A DNA stretch of 64,000 nt. Source: the human T2T-CHM13v2.0 reference genome, Homo sapiens. The translations under genes were made by a program, and so were the position numbers. The notes beneath the pieces are model-generated. The model did no database searches. It had not been told where the DNA came from and worked only from the letters and a program-made list of their open reading frames with translations. This document shows, in pieces, positions 29,901 through 44,643 of the stretch (its first letter is position 1; each line of letters starts with the position of its first letter). The stretch is from assembly GCF_009914755.1 (NCBI RefSeq), contig NC_060933.1. The stretch is one strand, 5' to 3'.

Positions 29901-30402
29901 CAGCATCAGTAAGATTTAAACTCATACGAGTATTATCAAATCTACTAAAAATAGATAAGACTTTTTCCTATCTTAAAATAGAACTAAGGTGACATTTTTT
30001 TTCCACAGCCATATTAATGGATAGCAACCTTTTCAATACTGTTTCCTCATAAGTGTATGGATAAACGGATTCCAAATATATTTGGTTAAAAGCAAGGCAA
30101 ACAAATATATTGAATTCAGATAAGGACTCTAGGTCAGAGATCAATCGAAAGTGGGTCCTGATTTCAAGACTACATTATTTTGTGCTGAGTGAAACAAATG
30201 AAAGCTAACTAAAGTAAGTATAAATGAAATAAGATTTGTAATATAGGTAAAGCAAAGTGCCCTAGGAGAGCAGGAATATTTCTTTCCATTGTCAGATATA
30301 AGTATGATATTTGTGGTGGGCCTTGAAAGACTAGAAGAATAAGAGATGTAAACAACAAGACTTAAAGGCATAAAATGGTATATTATATTTATGGACACTT
30401 GG

Positions 30403-30659
30403 AGTTCTCACTATTAAGTGGGAGGTATTGATAAGAACACATGGACATGTAGATGGGAACAACACACAAACCGGGGCCTTCTGGAGTGCAGAAGTTGGGA
30501 GGAGGGAGAGGATCAGGAAAAATAATTAATGAGTATTAGGCTTAACACCTGGGTGATGAAATAATCTGTACAACACATCCCCATGACACAAGTGTACCTA
30601 TGTAACAAATCTGCACCTTTATCCCTTAACTTAAAAGTTATATATATATTAAAAAAAAA
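30403..30659 (+). mobile_element. L1PA13-like 3' end fragment
   Basis: ggagggagaggatcaggaaaaataattaatgagtattaggcttaacacctgggtgatgaaataatctgtacaac, then an A tail. Confidence 0.88.
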
Positions 30660-31050
30660 CAGTGAAGTTTGAAGTGATGCTAAAAGAGCAATCTGGCAAT
30701 AGGACATGAAAGGTCATGATGCTATGTCTGGAAATCTGAAACTTACTCTGTGGATGATAGAGCCAAAAATATTTTAAGTATAACAACATGATTTGATCTC
30801 TGCATTAGGAAGATAGCCGTATGGCAATATCTGGGGATGACTGCAAAGGTAAGAAATTACAGGCAAGGAAACCAGTGAAGAAGTTACTAGCTATAATTCA
30901 AGAATGATAAATACTTGAATCAGGCTAGTATTTTAGAAGGTATGCAAAGTAAAGGCTATCTTTCTGGGCCATTGCAAAGTTGGGAGGTGATTACTGAATA
31001 AACCAAGCATCTTCGGGAGAGGAGACAAAAACAGTCTGTGCCATTTCATT
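30660..31050 (-). mobile_element. L2 fragment
   Basis: catgatttgatctctgcattaggaagat..ggcaaggaaaccagtgaagaagttact resembles antisense L2. Confidence 0.5.
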
Positions 31051-32586
31051 TCGAGGCCTGGAATAAAGAGTGATGACACTAAGAGAAGGTTTGGTTCTAA
31101 AATACTTCTTTATTTTCCTGATTTTTAGGTTTTTTGTTTCAATTGGAAAATTCCTAGTATTTTTGTGATGTCAGTGAAGAAACTGATGATTAAAGAGAAA
31201 GAACATGAGTTAAACAGAATGTACAATTCAGAAACTAGGTTTTCAATTATAGTTATATTTTTAGGAAAAAAAGGTAATGCAAATCTAATTTTAAAATTCA
31301 GTCAATACGAAAGTGTGTAACGCAAAATAAAAAGCAAAATTAACCTCACACCTACCTGTTAAAAGAGTTTCCACTGTTAGTAATTTGCAGTATTTACTTT
31401 CCTAACTTTTTCTACATATGTATAAACATATATACATTTTTAAAATATGAATTATTTCTCTTCACTGTATATTTGTATGCAGAAATATCTATAATGCATA
31501 CCTAATAGCACTGCTGAATTATATACTTGCTTGAGTTGCATAATGTTGCAGCCCTACAGGTACATATTTTTATTTACACAACTTGGATGATTTTCATTCA
31601 GTGAAACAATTTATTAATTTATTCCTTCCATGTCAATGTACGTAGAGCTTTATTATTATTTTCCATGGTTTTCAGGGTATTCCATAACACAGACACATCA
31701 CCATTTATTCTTTCTGTAGTAGACATTTAGGGGATTTAAAATGTTTACATTATAAATACTGACAATTTAGTAATTAGTGTCTTAGAGAATTTATTCCAAG
31801 TTAAAAACAAAAATAGAGATTTAATGTAAGTCCAACTGAGAAATCTATAAAGTAGGCAAAATTTTAAAGTTATCATACACATAAAAATTCAAATGTATTC
31901 TTATCTACTCGTAGTTTTAGTAACTCCTCTGATAAAAAAGAGATCATAGTAGAAATAATCAGATATGAAAAAAATTAAAGATTTAAAGTTTGGTATGTAT
32001 TACTCTCCACTGAAGACATGATCTTATTGGTAATTATTGGAACATCATGCTATCTACATACCTATTATTTTAGATATTTATCTATCCACATAGTTTCCAC
32101 GTCATGCTGACACACACACATCCAGGTGTACACACACAATTTGGGCCCTTTTACACTATATCATTTTAAAGTGATACGTGCTGAGATTTCATCTATGAAA
32201 TAGTCACCCAATTACAGTTCAGAGAATCTCCATCTGAAAAGAGGTGAACACAATTTTCACCTTGTGAATATTCAGAAATTGAATCCAGGGAAGAAATTTA
32301 CTGCTAGTGAACATTGTTTGTATATGAAAAATGAGAACCTAGGAAGTGGCTATTTTCATAATGATATAAATCTGGAAACACAACTAGAAATACACTTCAG
32401 CTAAGTAAGAATTGCAAAGAACTTTGTACTCGTTCAAATGAAATTATTTCCTGGCAGGGAATTTCTTTTTTCAGTTTCTCTTTAATTTCATTCAGCTCAA
32501 TTCTATTTTGTAATTACCACCTTCATAAAAAGTAATCATAATAACCAGTTCTGAAGATAGAGAAACAAGAATATGGCCAACTAATT

Positions 32587-32759
32587 ACAAACGTTTGGGA
32601 ACACTTATCAATAAAATGTATAAAACCAATTCATTTTCTGCCAATAACATGATCATGTATGTCCCAAATCACAAACGTTTGGGAACACTTATCAATAAAA
32701 TGTATAAAACCAATTCATTTTCTGCCAATAACATGATCATGTATGTCTCAAATCACAAA
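32587..32759. repeat. 84-bp tandem duplication (one mismatch)
   Basis: 32587-32670 equals 32671-32754 except c32664/t32748; acaaa recurs at 32755-32759. Confidence 0.97.
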
Positions 32760-33099
32760 AGACGATGAATTATGCAATTATTTTTCTCTTGAGATCCTTA
32801 AAGATTGGAGTAAGAATAAGGAAGTTATATTATTTTTCCATAGGAACTAAAACGTAATCCACATGCTTTAATATAATGGGCTGCTTGTTTGCCTTTCTGT
32901 GAGACAAGGCAAGCATATCCACCATACACATGGCATTGATCAGTCAATAAATCTTGCTATGCCAAAACCACATATTTAATTGGGTCAGCATTAGGGATCC
33001 CATATATTAGTTTTTCTCACGACCAATCCCGTTTGGGAAGATTCTAATATATCTTCAAATGCAACTTCTCTATTGTAAAACTGATAGGTCTAGAAAATG

Positions 33100-33180
33100 T
33101 GGAGAAATACAGTGGGAGGAGAGGAAAAGGGGAGAAAAGAGAGATGAGAGAGGGGAGAGAGGGAAGAATGGGGAGAGAGA
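33100..33180. repeat. GA-rich low-complexity tract
   Basis: gggaggagaggaaaaggggagaaaagagagatgagagaggggagagagggaag. Confidence 0.8.
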
Positions 33181-34242
33181 CAATATATGTTTTTAAACAT
33201 TTGGAAACCATTTGCTTCCTTTTTTCTTTTACATAAGGCAAATAAGACAATATGCATAGAAGTACTTTATGTTTCAATTTTGAGAGGAATAAGTTAAGAA
33301 ATGTGATCCTAGGCTTATTGTAAGGGATAGACTCATTCTCTTATCTTCTAGGAGCAATTTTTCTTAGTGGTTTTTGAAACTGCTGACCAACCATTGCCAT
33401 TAAAACCCTCTCTCGGTTTCTAAAATACTGAATTTTCCTTATACCTTATAATCTTCTTGACTACTTTGACTTAACTTTTGACTTAGTTTCTATTTACGAT
33501 CTACCATAAAATAGAAATGTTTATTTAATAATTATTTATATTCTCTCTGTGTGTACACATAAACACACACACACACACTTCCACAATCCTGTTAGAAAGT
33601 TATTATTTCTAATTTATAATAAGAATACAATGAAATTGTCCATTTAATAGGAAAGCCCAAGATAAGATAGTAAATCCTGAAGCCACAATACAAACACAAT
33701 TCAGTCTGATTTCTAAGACTATGTTCTCTCGTCACAACATGCTACATGTGCCCTTAATACCATGGTTCAACGTTCTTCAGTTCTCTTACTGTCATCATTT
33801 ATAATTGCCTTTTGAGAGATCTCATCCATTCTTAAGATTTGAATGTCCACTTCTGCATGGATGGCATGCAACATCTCCAGTACTGGCATTTTCCATATAT
33901 TGCAGTACCACTTTGGAAATGCACTGACTCTTTAAAAGCCACATAAATGTTCAGCCATTAAATTCAAAGTTATTATGTCTTAATAAAAATGATTTCCTCC
34001 CATCTCAAATCATTATTTTCTTTCAACTATCATATACAATAACCTGTTACACAAATCCGTACGTTGTTTATGGTATTTTGAAACCATATTTTTATCTTCA
34101 TTCTTGTTTGTAAAAGATAATCTATTATTGAATTCTTTCACACATCACTCTAAACTCCTTTGCATTTTTCTCTTATCCACTTTTACTTTCAAGATTTTTA
34201 TCTAACCGCTTTATCCCCTACATTGTGATTCATACGCAGCCC

Positions 34243-34390
34243 CTGGGAAGTGAGGAGTGCCTCTGCCCAACCACGATGCAACCCTCCAGGTGTGAGGTGG
34301 CAGCCTTATGTGTGATCTTTCTGCCCTCCCCAAGTTTGCATTTTCGACACTAAAGTTTACTTTTACATTAAAAATAATAATAATAATATA
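34243..34390 (+). mobile_element. SVA2-like element, 5'-truncated (one VNTR unit + unique 3' segment + tail)
   Basis: ctgggaagtgaggagtgcctctgccc is an SVA VNTR unit, followed by tgtgtgatctttctgccctccccaagtttgcattttcgaca.taaagtttactttt, ATTAAA at 34367-34372 and an (aat)n tail; no SINE-R. Confidence 0.75.
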
Positions 34391-34459
34391 GAAAAAGGTT
34401 TTCCTATTAGAGTTTCTGTTTCTAAATTCTGCCTTAAATCCAGGTTTTATAAAACTATC

Positions 34460-34789
<330 letters not shown>

Positions 34790-35475
34790 TCATATCACTC
34801 TAATACCTTAAGATATATTATCAAAATCTCCTACTTAATCAAGCCCTGTAATCTCCCATCAGTGAAACTCATACATACGTGGGACAGGGAAAAAAACAAA
34901 AAAACACCTTTTCTTATTGCTGGAAACCTAGAGTAGTTTTGAATTAGAAATTCAGAGTTGCTTTGAGTTACTGTTATTCCATGAGAAAAACAGTATTTTA
35001 TGGATATTTCTAAACTTAAAAAGATAGATCTAACCAAAGATGGCTTCTCCCAGTGATTTTTGATCTTTCTAGGGGCAGTATATAATCCATTGCAGGAAGC
35101 TGTGGTGCTATCAGAAGCTGAAACATCAAGAACCCAGATTATTCACATTCCCCTGCCTCCTATCTCCTCTCTCTCTCCTTCCCCCACTGCCCCACTCATT
35201 GATCATTTACTATTTCTTTTCACAGTGAATTATGCTTTTATCATGAATAGTATCTAGGTTTATAAGTGTACAGTAATATAAATTCTAAATTCTTCGGTTT
35301 AAATGTATTAATTTTCTCTCATACTTTACATCCTAGAATGATTATCTTGGATTATGGTGTTCCTAGACATTCTTGGAGTATTCTTTATCCCAAACTATTT
35401 CAAATTTAGAGCTTCAATCTCTAAAAGACTGTTAGTAAAATTAATTTATTATTTTACCTGCTCACCTCTTCGCTA

Positions 35476-35794
35476 CACTGGGTCTTTCCTATCTGTGGAT
35501 TCTATATCCATGGACTCAAAGAGACACAGATTGAAAATATTTGAGAAAAAACAATAAAAATAGCAATACAACAATAAAAATAATACAAAAAATACAGCAT
35601 AACAACTATTTACAGAGCATTTACATTGTATTAGGCATGATAAGTAATCTAGAGTTTATTTAAATTATATAGGAGGATGTGTGTGAGTTTTATGTAAATA
35701 CTATACCATTTTTAATCAGGGACTAGAGCATCTGCAGATTTCGATATCTGAGGGGTCTTGAAACCAATACTTCACAAATACTAAAAGAAGATTG
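35476..35794. mobile_element. MER2B-like (TcMar-Tigger) MITE
   Basis: ataacaactatttacagagcatttacattgtattaggc..taagtaatctagag..cagggactagagcatctgcagattt; TA dinucleotides flank both ends. Confidence 0.85.
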
Positions 35795-36617
35795 TACTTC
35801 TGTATCTATCTGTTTTTTGTACAATTGAAAGATTCAGATTCTTCCCTTTTTATCTCAGTTTATAAGCACCCCCCATAGTTTTTCTTTCATCTAAACAAAT
35901 GATGGACCATTTAAAACAGAAATTTCATGCCCACATTCTTAGTGTTTAAATCTCTTCATTTATGTTCTACCTTCCATGATGATCACAAGTACTGGATCAC
36001 TGTACCAATTTTTTTTCTCTTTCTGTATCTTGACATCAGAATGACATTAGAGGAAACCACGTATTTGTGTAGATTATGACACTCTAAACCTCATCTGGTC
36101 TATATGAACTAGTTAAACATGATCTTTATCAGTCACCTTTTCCATTTCCCACATAAGTTATTCCAAATGGATACAAAGCACCTCAAGTCCCTCATATTTC
36201 CACCGCTACAAATGCAAAGGGTGAATATAATCATATGGGAAATTGTGGTTATTAGTAAGATTCCTTCAATGTCCTGTCTGTATCTCTTTATATAACACAT
36301 AAAAAGAAAAGCAGCCGAATTAGAATTTTACTCATTTTCACATCTTTTTCTATAGGCCCACAGGATGAGCTTTTCACCATTCCCTTTTTAGAGGGGATTT
36401 TTCCACCAGTGACTTTGATTTCTATACTTTTATTTCTACCATAACCTGAATTCTGATCTCAAGTATTTTCAACTAATGTTCAGACACGGTGGCTCTGTCA
36501 TAGTTCTTACAGTCAAGTCTCTTATTTTTCTCTCACAATTTCCACCTCCGAGTAGAAACTACCCTAAATCCTCGCCTTTCATTTTCAGTCAAGTTTCTGA
36601 AAAGAATATTCTATGAA

Positions 36618-37168
<551 letters not shown>

Positions 37169-37613
37169 TCTACTAACTCAGACAATGGTTTCTCATTCCT
37201 CTCTCATGTACTCCAAATACTTTCTACTTCTACTTCTCCCCTAAAACAGTTCTTTTGAAGGGCACTAATATCTCCCTTGATTTCCAAGTCCAGTTAATTA
37301 TTTTTAGTTTTTGTATTATTTTTTCATACTGAGTCTCAACTTTTCTTTAAAAGCCTTGCTTTCTATGACATCATTCTTTCCAAATCCATTTCTATATTTT
37401 TCTCAGTTTTCAGTTCTGGTTCTTTTTCTCCTTCCTTCCTCTCAAAGGCCACTGTTTCCCAACCTTCTGCTCTTTGCTCCTTTTTCGTCCTTCTTTGTAA
37501 GCACCCTCATGACTCCCTCCTCTTGCAGGGTTCCATTATTACACATTATGTTTCTGTAGCCCGTACAGACTTTTGCTGTATAACATCAGATTCATATTTA
37601 AGAACCTACTAAT

Positions 37614-37923
<310 letters not shown>

Positions 37924-38023
37924 CTACTAAGTCCTTCCAGAATGGTGTTCCAGATCCACCTCAAATATCACGTTTCTGTCAAACAGCAGCTTCTCCACCT
38001 GAACTATTCTTTCTTTAGTATCA

Positions 38024-38407
<384 letters not shown>

Positions 38408-38527
38408 TCAGAAATGTTGATGTAATTGATCTGGGGTACCTAGACATTGAGATTTTAAAAATATTTCAGGTGCCCCTAAGGTTCAGGCAATCTGAAAGTT
38501 AGGAAGCACAAGAATGAATTTTAGTAT

Positions 38528-38710
38528 CAGGGTATTCAAAGGTGGTTTCATATTAGAATCACCAGGAGAGCAATTTTTAAATACTATTGTAGACCCAAAC
38601 CCATTTCAACTGAATAAGAATCTCTGAGGTTGGATTTCAGGAATTCGTATTTTTTTAAAGTTCCCCAGGTGATGCTTATGTGTAGGCAAGGTTGAAAACC
38701 ATTGCTTTAG
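38528..38710. mobile_element. MER5A/B-like MITE
   Basis: attagaatcaccaggagag..ctgaataagaatctctg..aagttccccaggtgatgcttatg..gttgaaaaccattg. Confidence 0.75.
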
Positions 38711-40015
38711 TAGTTTCATCTCAATGAATGGCACTGTTTTCCACACAATTGCTCATCCAGGACTGGGAGTCATGTTAAACCCAGACTTTATCCTCACTTT
38801 TCTCTTATTCCACACTCAAATAAAATCCACATCCCATGAATCCTACATTTATAAAATATTCCTTTTAAACATCTTCTTTTGAATGTCTAATGGCCATTTC
38901 AAGTTTTAACATACATAAAATTAAGTTTTTGACATTTCTACCCAAAACAGGACTTGCAAAGTCCAAAATATCATTTTGACATTTTTTCCTAAAATAGTAC
39001 TACAAATAAAAAATCAGTATTGCCAATTTTTTGAAGCGAACTTATTTGAATAATATAGACTTTTTAAAAAGATCTTTGGATTTTGTTTTTCTTTGTTCCT
39101 TTAGGAAAGAGTATTAAATAATAATATTTAAGATTATAGTACTTTGAGTATATTTAGATAGAATGATAGAACAAGAAATTTAAAGAACTTCTGTTGTTGG
39201 AAGAAAAAAACTTATAAAAAGATTTCATCTCTTTGTCATGAGTTAAAAACAAACATTTTAAATGTCAATAAATTTCCAAAGGAAATTTGGCTTATAGTAA
39301 AAAAAAGGAAGAAGTAGTAGTATATTGAGAGTTAGTCTCAGCTCCTTGAACTTGAGATGTTTCTGTCTATGCCTGTTTCTTGTCTTTTTAAAAATAATTT
39401 AAATTTAGAGCAATAATCTGTTATATTATCCTCTGTTTTTAATATTGATTCATATAATTTCTTAGTGTGCTGCTTCTTTTGTTCTTTCAAGAAAAATGAA
39501 ACTACCCAGAGATGGATTTCCAATCTAAGTTTTCACTACCTTTTGTGCCCCTGAGAGCCAGTAAATCCAGTCTGTTTTGATAATATTTTAGCCATGACAC
39601 AGGCCAGTCATGGCAAGGAAAAAAAAATGAATTCATAAGAAAAAAATCTGTATATTTGTGAAAAAATCAGGATCTATCATATCCCAAGTTTATTTGGTGG
39701 CATTAACATATAATAGTCCATTTGCTTACTCCCCATAAATATGTAAAAAGGCAAAGAGAAAGTAAAAAATAAAATTTTTCTTCCACTCACACAAGTGGCT
39801 GAATAGGCCTAATCAATATTAACTTCATTGTTCCCCCATAATTCTATATGTTTAGCTTTTAAACATCTATCTTTTAAATATGCTATTTTTATTAATTTGA
39901 AGTTAATCAACTAAAATAGGTTCATTCCTTTCACTTTACCAGTATTACAAGTGACTGTCTAGGAGCCTGAGTTCTAATGAGGCAGCCATTCCAAACATGT
40001 ACAGACAAAGCAGTG

Positions 40016-40029
40016 GTTTCCCTGGCAAC
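40016..40029. promoter_or_regulatory. Candidate RFX X-box motif
   Basis: GTTTCCCTGGCAAC fits the GTTNCCNTGGNAAC consensus and lies in repeat-poor sequence; motif match only. Confidence 0.35.
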
Positions 40030-41115
40030 GAGAACCATGAAAAAGCTCTTAGAATAGTTATTCCCACCCTTACACACAACTCCTTTTCATTTCAGTAAAG
40101 CTTCCTGTCAGAACACATTCATCAATGTAATTTGCCAACAAAGTTTAAGAGATTAAATCCCCCTCCCCACAAGAATGTAAAAATAAAAAAACAAAATAAA
40201 ACCTACAATCAAAAATCAACAGCTATGCTGAAATTGTAGTTAGGTCATGAGGTAATGCTTCAAAGGAAGTAAAGGACATCCTAAGACTCCTGAATACAGT
40301 TAACACCACTTTGAACCTGAGATTAATTTTCATTTGATTTTTATCAGAGGATACAGAAGGTAGATGCATCAGGAGGAGGGGCAGGTGCCTTTAATCATTA
40401 CCTCTAGCATTATCACTCACAACCTCAAAGCAGCTTTTATTTAATTTAGTAAAAGTTTATAAAAATTTAAATTATTGTATGCATCAAATTAAGATTTAAG
40501 ATGTCCTTCATAAACATTAACCTTTTGTTGGTGATGTTTACCAAGAAAGGTAAACTCTGAAAACATGATGTCATCGTTTCAGTTGGTGGAATTAAGTAAA
40601 AGATTTTCAAATGAGGGACTTGAACCTATTTTCTATCTATGCATGCAGTAGAAAAAAGCACACAAAACAGGCAGCATTTTGTGTCATGTGGCATTTCAAA
40701 CAAGAGGGAAAACACATCTGGAAGTAAAAGGTGTTTAGTTGAAAGAATTGACCTTAAATAAAACAATTGCAACACTTGATTTGGGCTTCTTACTGGAAAT
40801 CAAATTCTTTGAGTTTAAAATACACCTACTAAATGTAATACAAAACCAAAATAACACACTTTCAGCATTTCTCAAAATGTTAGCACCCAGCAAATGCAGA
40901 GTTTACAGTTCTAGTGATTTTCCCTGTTCTTTTCATGGAATGCATATCTAACCCGTTTTTCAGCCAGCATGCTACAGCAAAGGAAGATTCATGTTGTCCA
41001 GGGCTATTTCTTTAAAACAGTATGGAAATTACTTTTACCATAAATTAGGTTGTGCTTTAATGCTGAGAAAGGTCTATTTTGCCTTCATTTTGACCCATGA
41101 CATACTTAGCCTTAC

Positions 41116-41151
41116 AACAGCATAATGAGCATAATGAGGTCAAAACTAACA
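41116..41151 (-). other. Candidate 36-nt cassette exon
   Basis: gtgtgttttattttgcag|TGTTAG...GCTGTT|gtaagg (alternative donor gtatgt 10 nt further); motif evidence only. Confidence 0.25.
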
Positions 41152-41262
41152 CTGCAAAATAAAACACACACCCCCACACAAACACACATTATTTCTCAAG
41201 GAAGATGAAAAAAAAAAAAAGGTCACATTGATTTTCTTTTTTTTAAAGCGGGACATTCTCAC

Positions 41263-41274
41263 TACTTTTTTCAC
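41263..41274 (-). other. Candidate 12-nt microexon
   Basis: tttccttttcaatcttcag|GTGAAAAAAGTA|gtgaga. Confidence 0.25.
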
Positions 41275-42595
41275 CTGAAGATTGAAAAGGAAACTCATTT
41301 CAGTTTGTAACATTGCACTGACTGTTCCAGACACAAAATGAATCAAGTCTCCTGTTGGATTATGTGGTTAGCATTTCTTCTCTTCTCTGGTGAGATAATT
41401 CGTTACTTAGGACAGCTGTGGTATAAAAACTCAAACATTGTCTTTTGCAGGATGGATTTGAAAAGTGGGCCCCCATTCTATTTTTGTTAGAAAATAATAA
41501 AATCACAAATTTTATCATGTATCAAAAATGAAAAGTGAAATATAAATGTGAAAGGTCTGATATTTACTTAATGAATATTTACCAAATACTTAGCATTTGC
41601 ATATTAAGTACAAGCCTCAGGGAAAAAAATGTAGCCGTGTTTAAATCTCAACTTTATTTCTTCCCCTTGCTTTATTTTTTGAAAAATAAGAAATATTCAC
41701 ATTAAAGAAAAAAGAGAACATATTTAAAAATATTTTCATCTATATTCTAGTCTAACCAGAGTATCTATAATTTATATTAGTTACCAAATGTATTAGACAA
41801 ATTAAAACACAAGAGTTTTTATTATTATAATGCTTTTTTAAAATATGGACATTCACAATTTTATGCTTACAAGAGAATATATAATTCAAGTACTCCCATG
41901 AAATAAAGTACCAGTTCTCTACAATCAAACCTACAGTGCAAAACGTCAGCTGAAAATTACTTATAAAACTTTCAATTAAACTTTTACTAGTTTAGGTATT
42001 CTCTTCATAGTTGAGAAATATAATGCAAATAAAAGTTGAGTATGCCTCCCTGCCTCCAACTAGGACATAAAGTTGATCTTCCATGTCATTTTTCTTAAAA
42101 GTAACTCTAAAATAAGTTTCTTTCAAACCTTCTAAATTATTCTCTTTCCCTAATGGCTTGTTGTATTCTTCCCCAGCAGAAATGACTAAAATAGCCCTAT
42201 TGCACTTAATCTAATTAGGGATTTTTGGAGAAATGGTGGTTACATAGTTCTCATTAACTGACTAAAAAACTGTACCATCTCCAGAGGTATAGATATTAAA
42301 AAGCGGGGGAGGGGGATGATTCCTTTTAAAGCTCCAGAAATGAATGTAAGTGTTCATATTCTGGTACATTAACAGTTTGTTCCAGTACATTGATATTTTA
42401 TGTGGAAGCCCTACTCTGCAATTAATATGCCTGATGCAAATTGAAAAACCCATAATCCATCCTTCTCTGTTGGAATGTAAGAGTATATTATTATTGAGAA
42501 GCTACAGGATACCAGAACCATTTTTTAAACTTGACTGCTCATTACCTTAAATCTGCATGTAAAACAGTTTTGCATTCAGACGAGGTAATACATAC

Positions 42596-42656
42596 CGGAA
42601 TATATTGTGGCGCATATTAAAAAAAGTGCTCCAAATAAAAACGACCTGTGGGCTTC
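42596..42656 (-). other. Candidate small exon (50 or 61 nt depending on acceptor)
   Basis: Donor CCG|gtatgt; acceptors caaag| or cacag|; local CpG retention. Confidence 0.25.
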
Positions 42657-44643
42657 CTTTGTAGAAGAAATTTATGCAGTTCCAGGCATTAGGGATTAAT
42701 GATAGCTAAGAGCAAAAGAGAAGGAATGAGCATTAAAACATTGTGCCTAACTTTCCTGACTACCCCAAGGCTAAAAGACAAAGTGAATTGTCAAATCTCC
42801 TTAAAGGTAAGGACTATGAATTTATATTAAGTAAATATGATATTTGGGGATTGCATCTGGTTCTGTCACATTAGTATTCAGAATATTTCTTATAGCTTTA
42901 AAGGAGAAAAGACAACCTTAATGGAGGTATGAGAGAAGAAAGATTTTAAAAATCCTTTGTTTCTAACAGCTTAGAGAGCCTCTTTCCTTTGTCTTGTTTC
43001 CAAAATTATGCATACAATTCTTCACAGGACATAAAATGCTATTGTCTGCTATGACTGACAAAATCCAAGATTTTAATGGAAGTTATACTGTAACTATTTT
43101 AAAGGGAAGGGGAATCACACATCCCTAAGAGATTCAAATGTAATATATTCTCAAAAATGGAAAGATCCCAGGGATACAGATTTCGTTCTTTCACGGATTT
43201 CTCCTAAGCCTGTTCAATTCATTTGATCATCACCGCCTGTGATCTGGGTTTTATTAACATTTTAGCATTTGATTGGACCCTTCTTACCTCTCTGTCTATC
43301 CATCACTTAAGACATTTAGTGCTGCCTCCTGGCAGTTATCTGTGTAATTGTTTTATTTCACTCACTAAGTGATAAGATCCTTGAGGCAAGACGCTATGCG
43401 ATATGGCCTGTATCTTCCACAATAAGTAATCACATTGATTCAAAAGATTCCCTCACAATACATTTTTATTGCAAAAATGATTTTGTATTTATCCATTTTG
43501 GAAAAGAAATTTTATCTCTTGAGCCCCTAAAAATGGAATTGTACACATTAAGACCCTTACACATATCACATAATAATCTTCAGGGTCAAACATTATAGTT
43601 TTCACCTGCTGCTATTCCTTTGCAGTAGACTAGAATAGAGAATTATATAAAACTTCTATGACTGTCAAAAAAATGATATATTTTTTGAAATCATGTAAAA
43701 TCAACCTTCTTTATTTTACAGATATAGAAATTTAGATCTGTAAGGACCATCAGTGTGGTGAAGGTCACATGGTAAGTTAATTACAGAATCAAATTTTTCC
43801 CTTTCATTTCAATCTGTTTTTAAGTTTTACATGATTCCACTTTCAGGAAAAAGCAATTAAAATACAGACTGACTTTGGTAAGAGTGATATATATTTTTAT
43901 GTTTCAGACCAGCATGTTGTTTCATGCTGATGTTAAAAGATAATGGTTGATATCAGATAAATACCCACACATACACACAAACACAAACTAACTTGGGGTC
44001 CAATAAAATAAGACTGGGTGGTTCACATATTTTTCCATTAGTGCAAATATTTTAAAGAGATAATTTTCTTTGATAAAATCTGTGTTCTTAAAACTGATTA
44101 ACACATAGTCCTTACTAGAAACTCTTTACAAAAAAAAAAAAACAAAAAAACAAAAATGAGAGTGCAAAAATTGAGAGAATAAGTCAAAGGAGAAAGAGAA
44201 GTTCTCCCATAACTGAAATTCATTGTACCTGTACATTAATCAAAGAACAAAATTGACTGTCATGTGATTTGACTCATGCTAAAATGTCCCTCACAATGAA
44301 AATAATCTCTTTTATTGGCCCCTCACAGTGTTTAAAATTTTTCACCATTTAAAAAAAAAATTGACTTAAAATACTTCATCTTCTGACATTTTTGTTCACA
44401 AAAATAGTAAAAGTAAAGGAAAAAGGTAGATAATATACCAACTCTGCAGGGTATTGCAGGAAGTTCAGAGAGGGAAAGAAAGAGGAACTATAAATAGTTA
44501 TCATAAATTACAGCTAAATATTTTAGTTTAGCATAAAGAGGGTATGATGAATGTAAACAACATCACATATAGTTCAAATTAGAGTTGTGGAATTACTTTT
44601 CCATGACAATGTTTAAGAATTGTACAGCTTTGCTGTTATCTAG

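Noticed and set aside
32587-32759. Direct repeats as a CRISPR-like array
   Set aside because: Only two adjacent copies, no spacers, eukaryotic context
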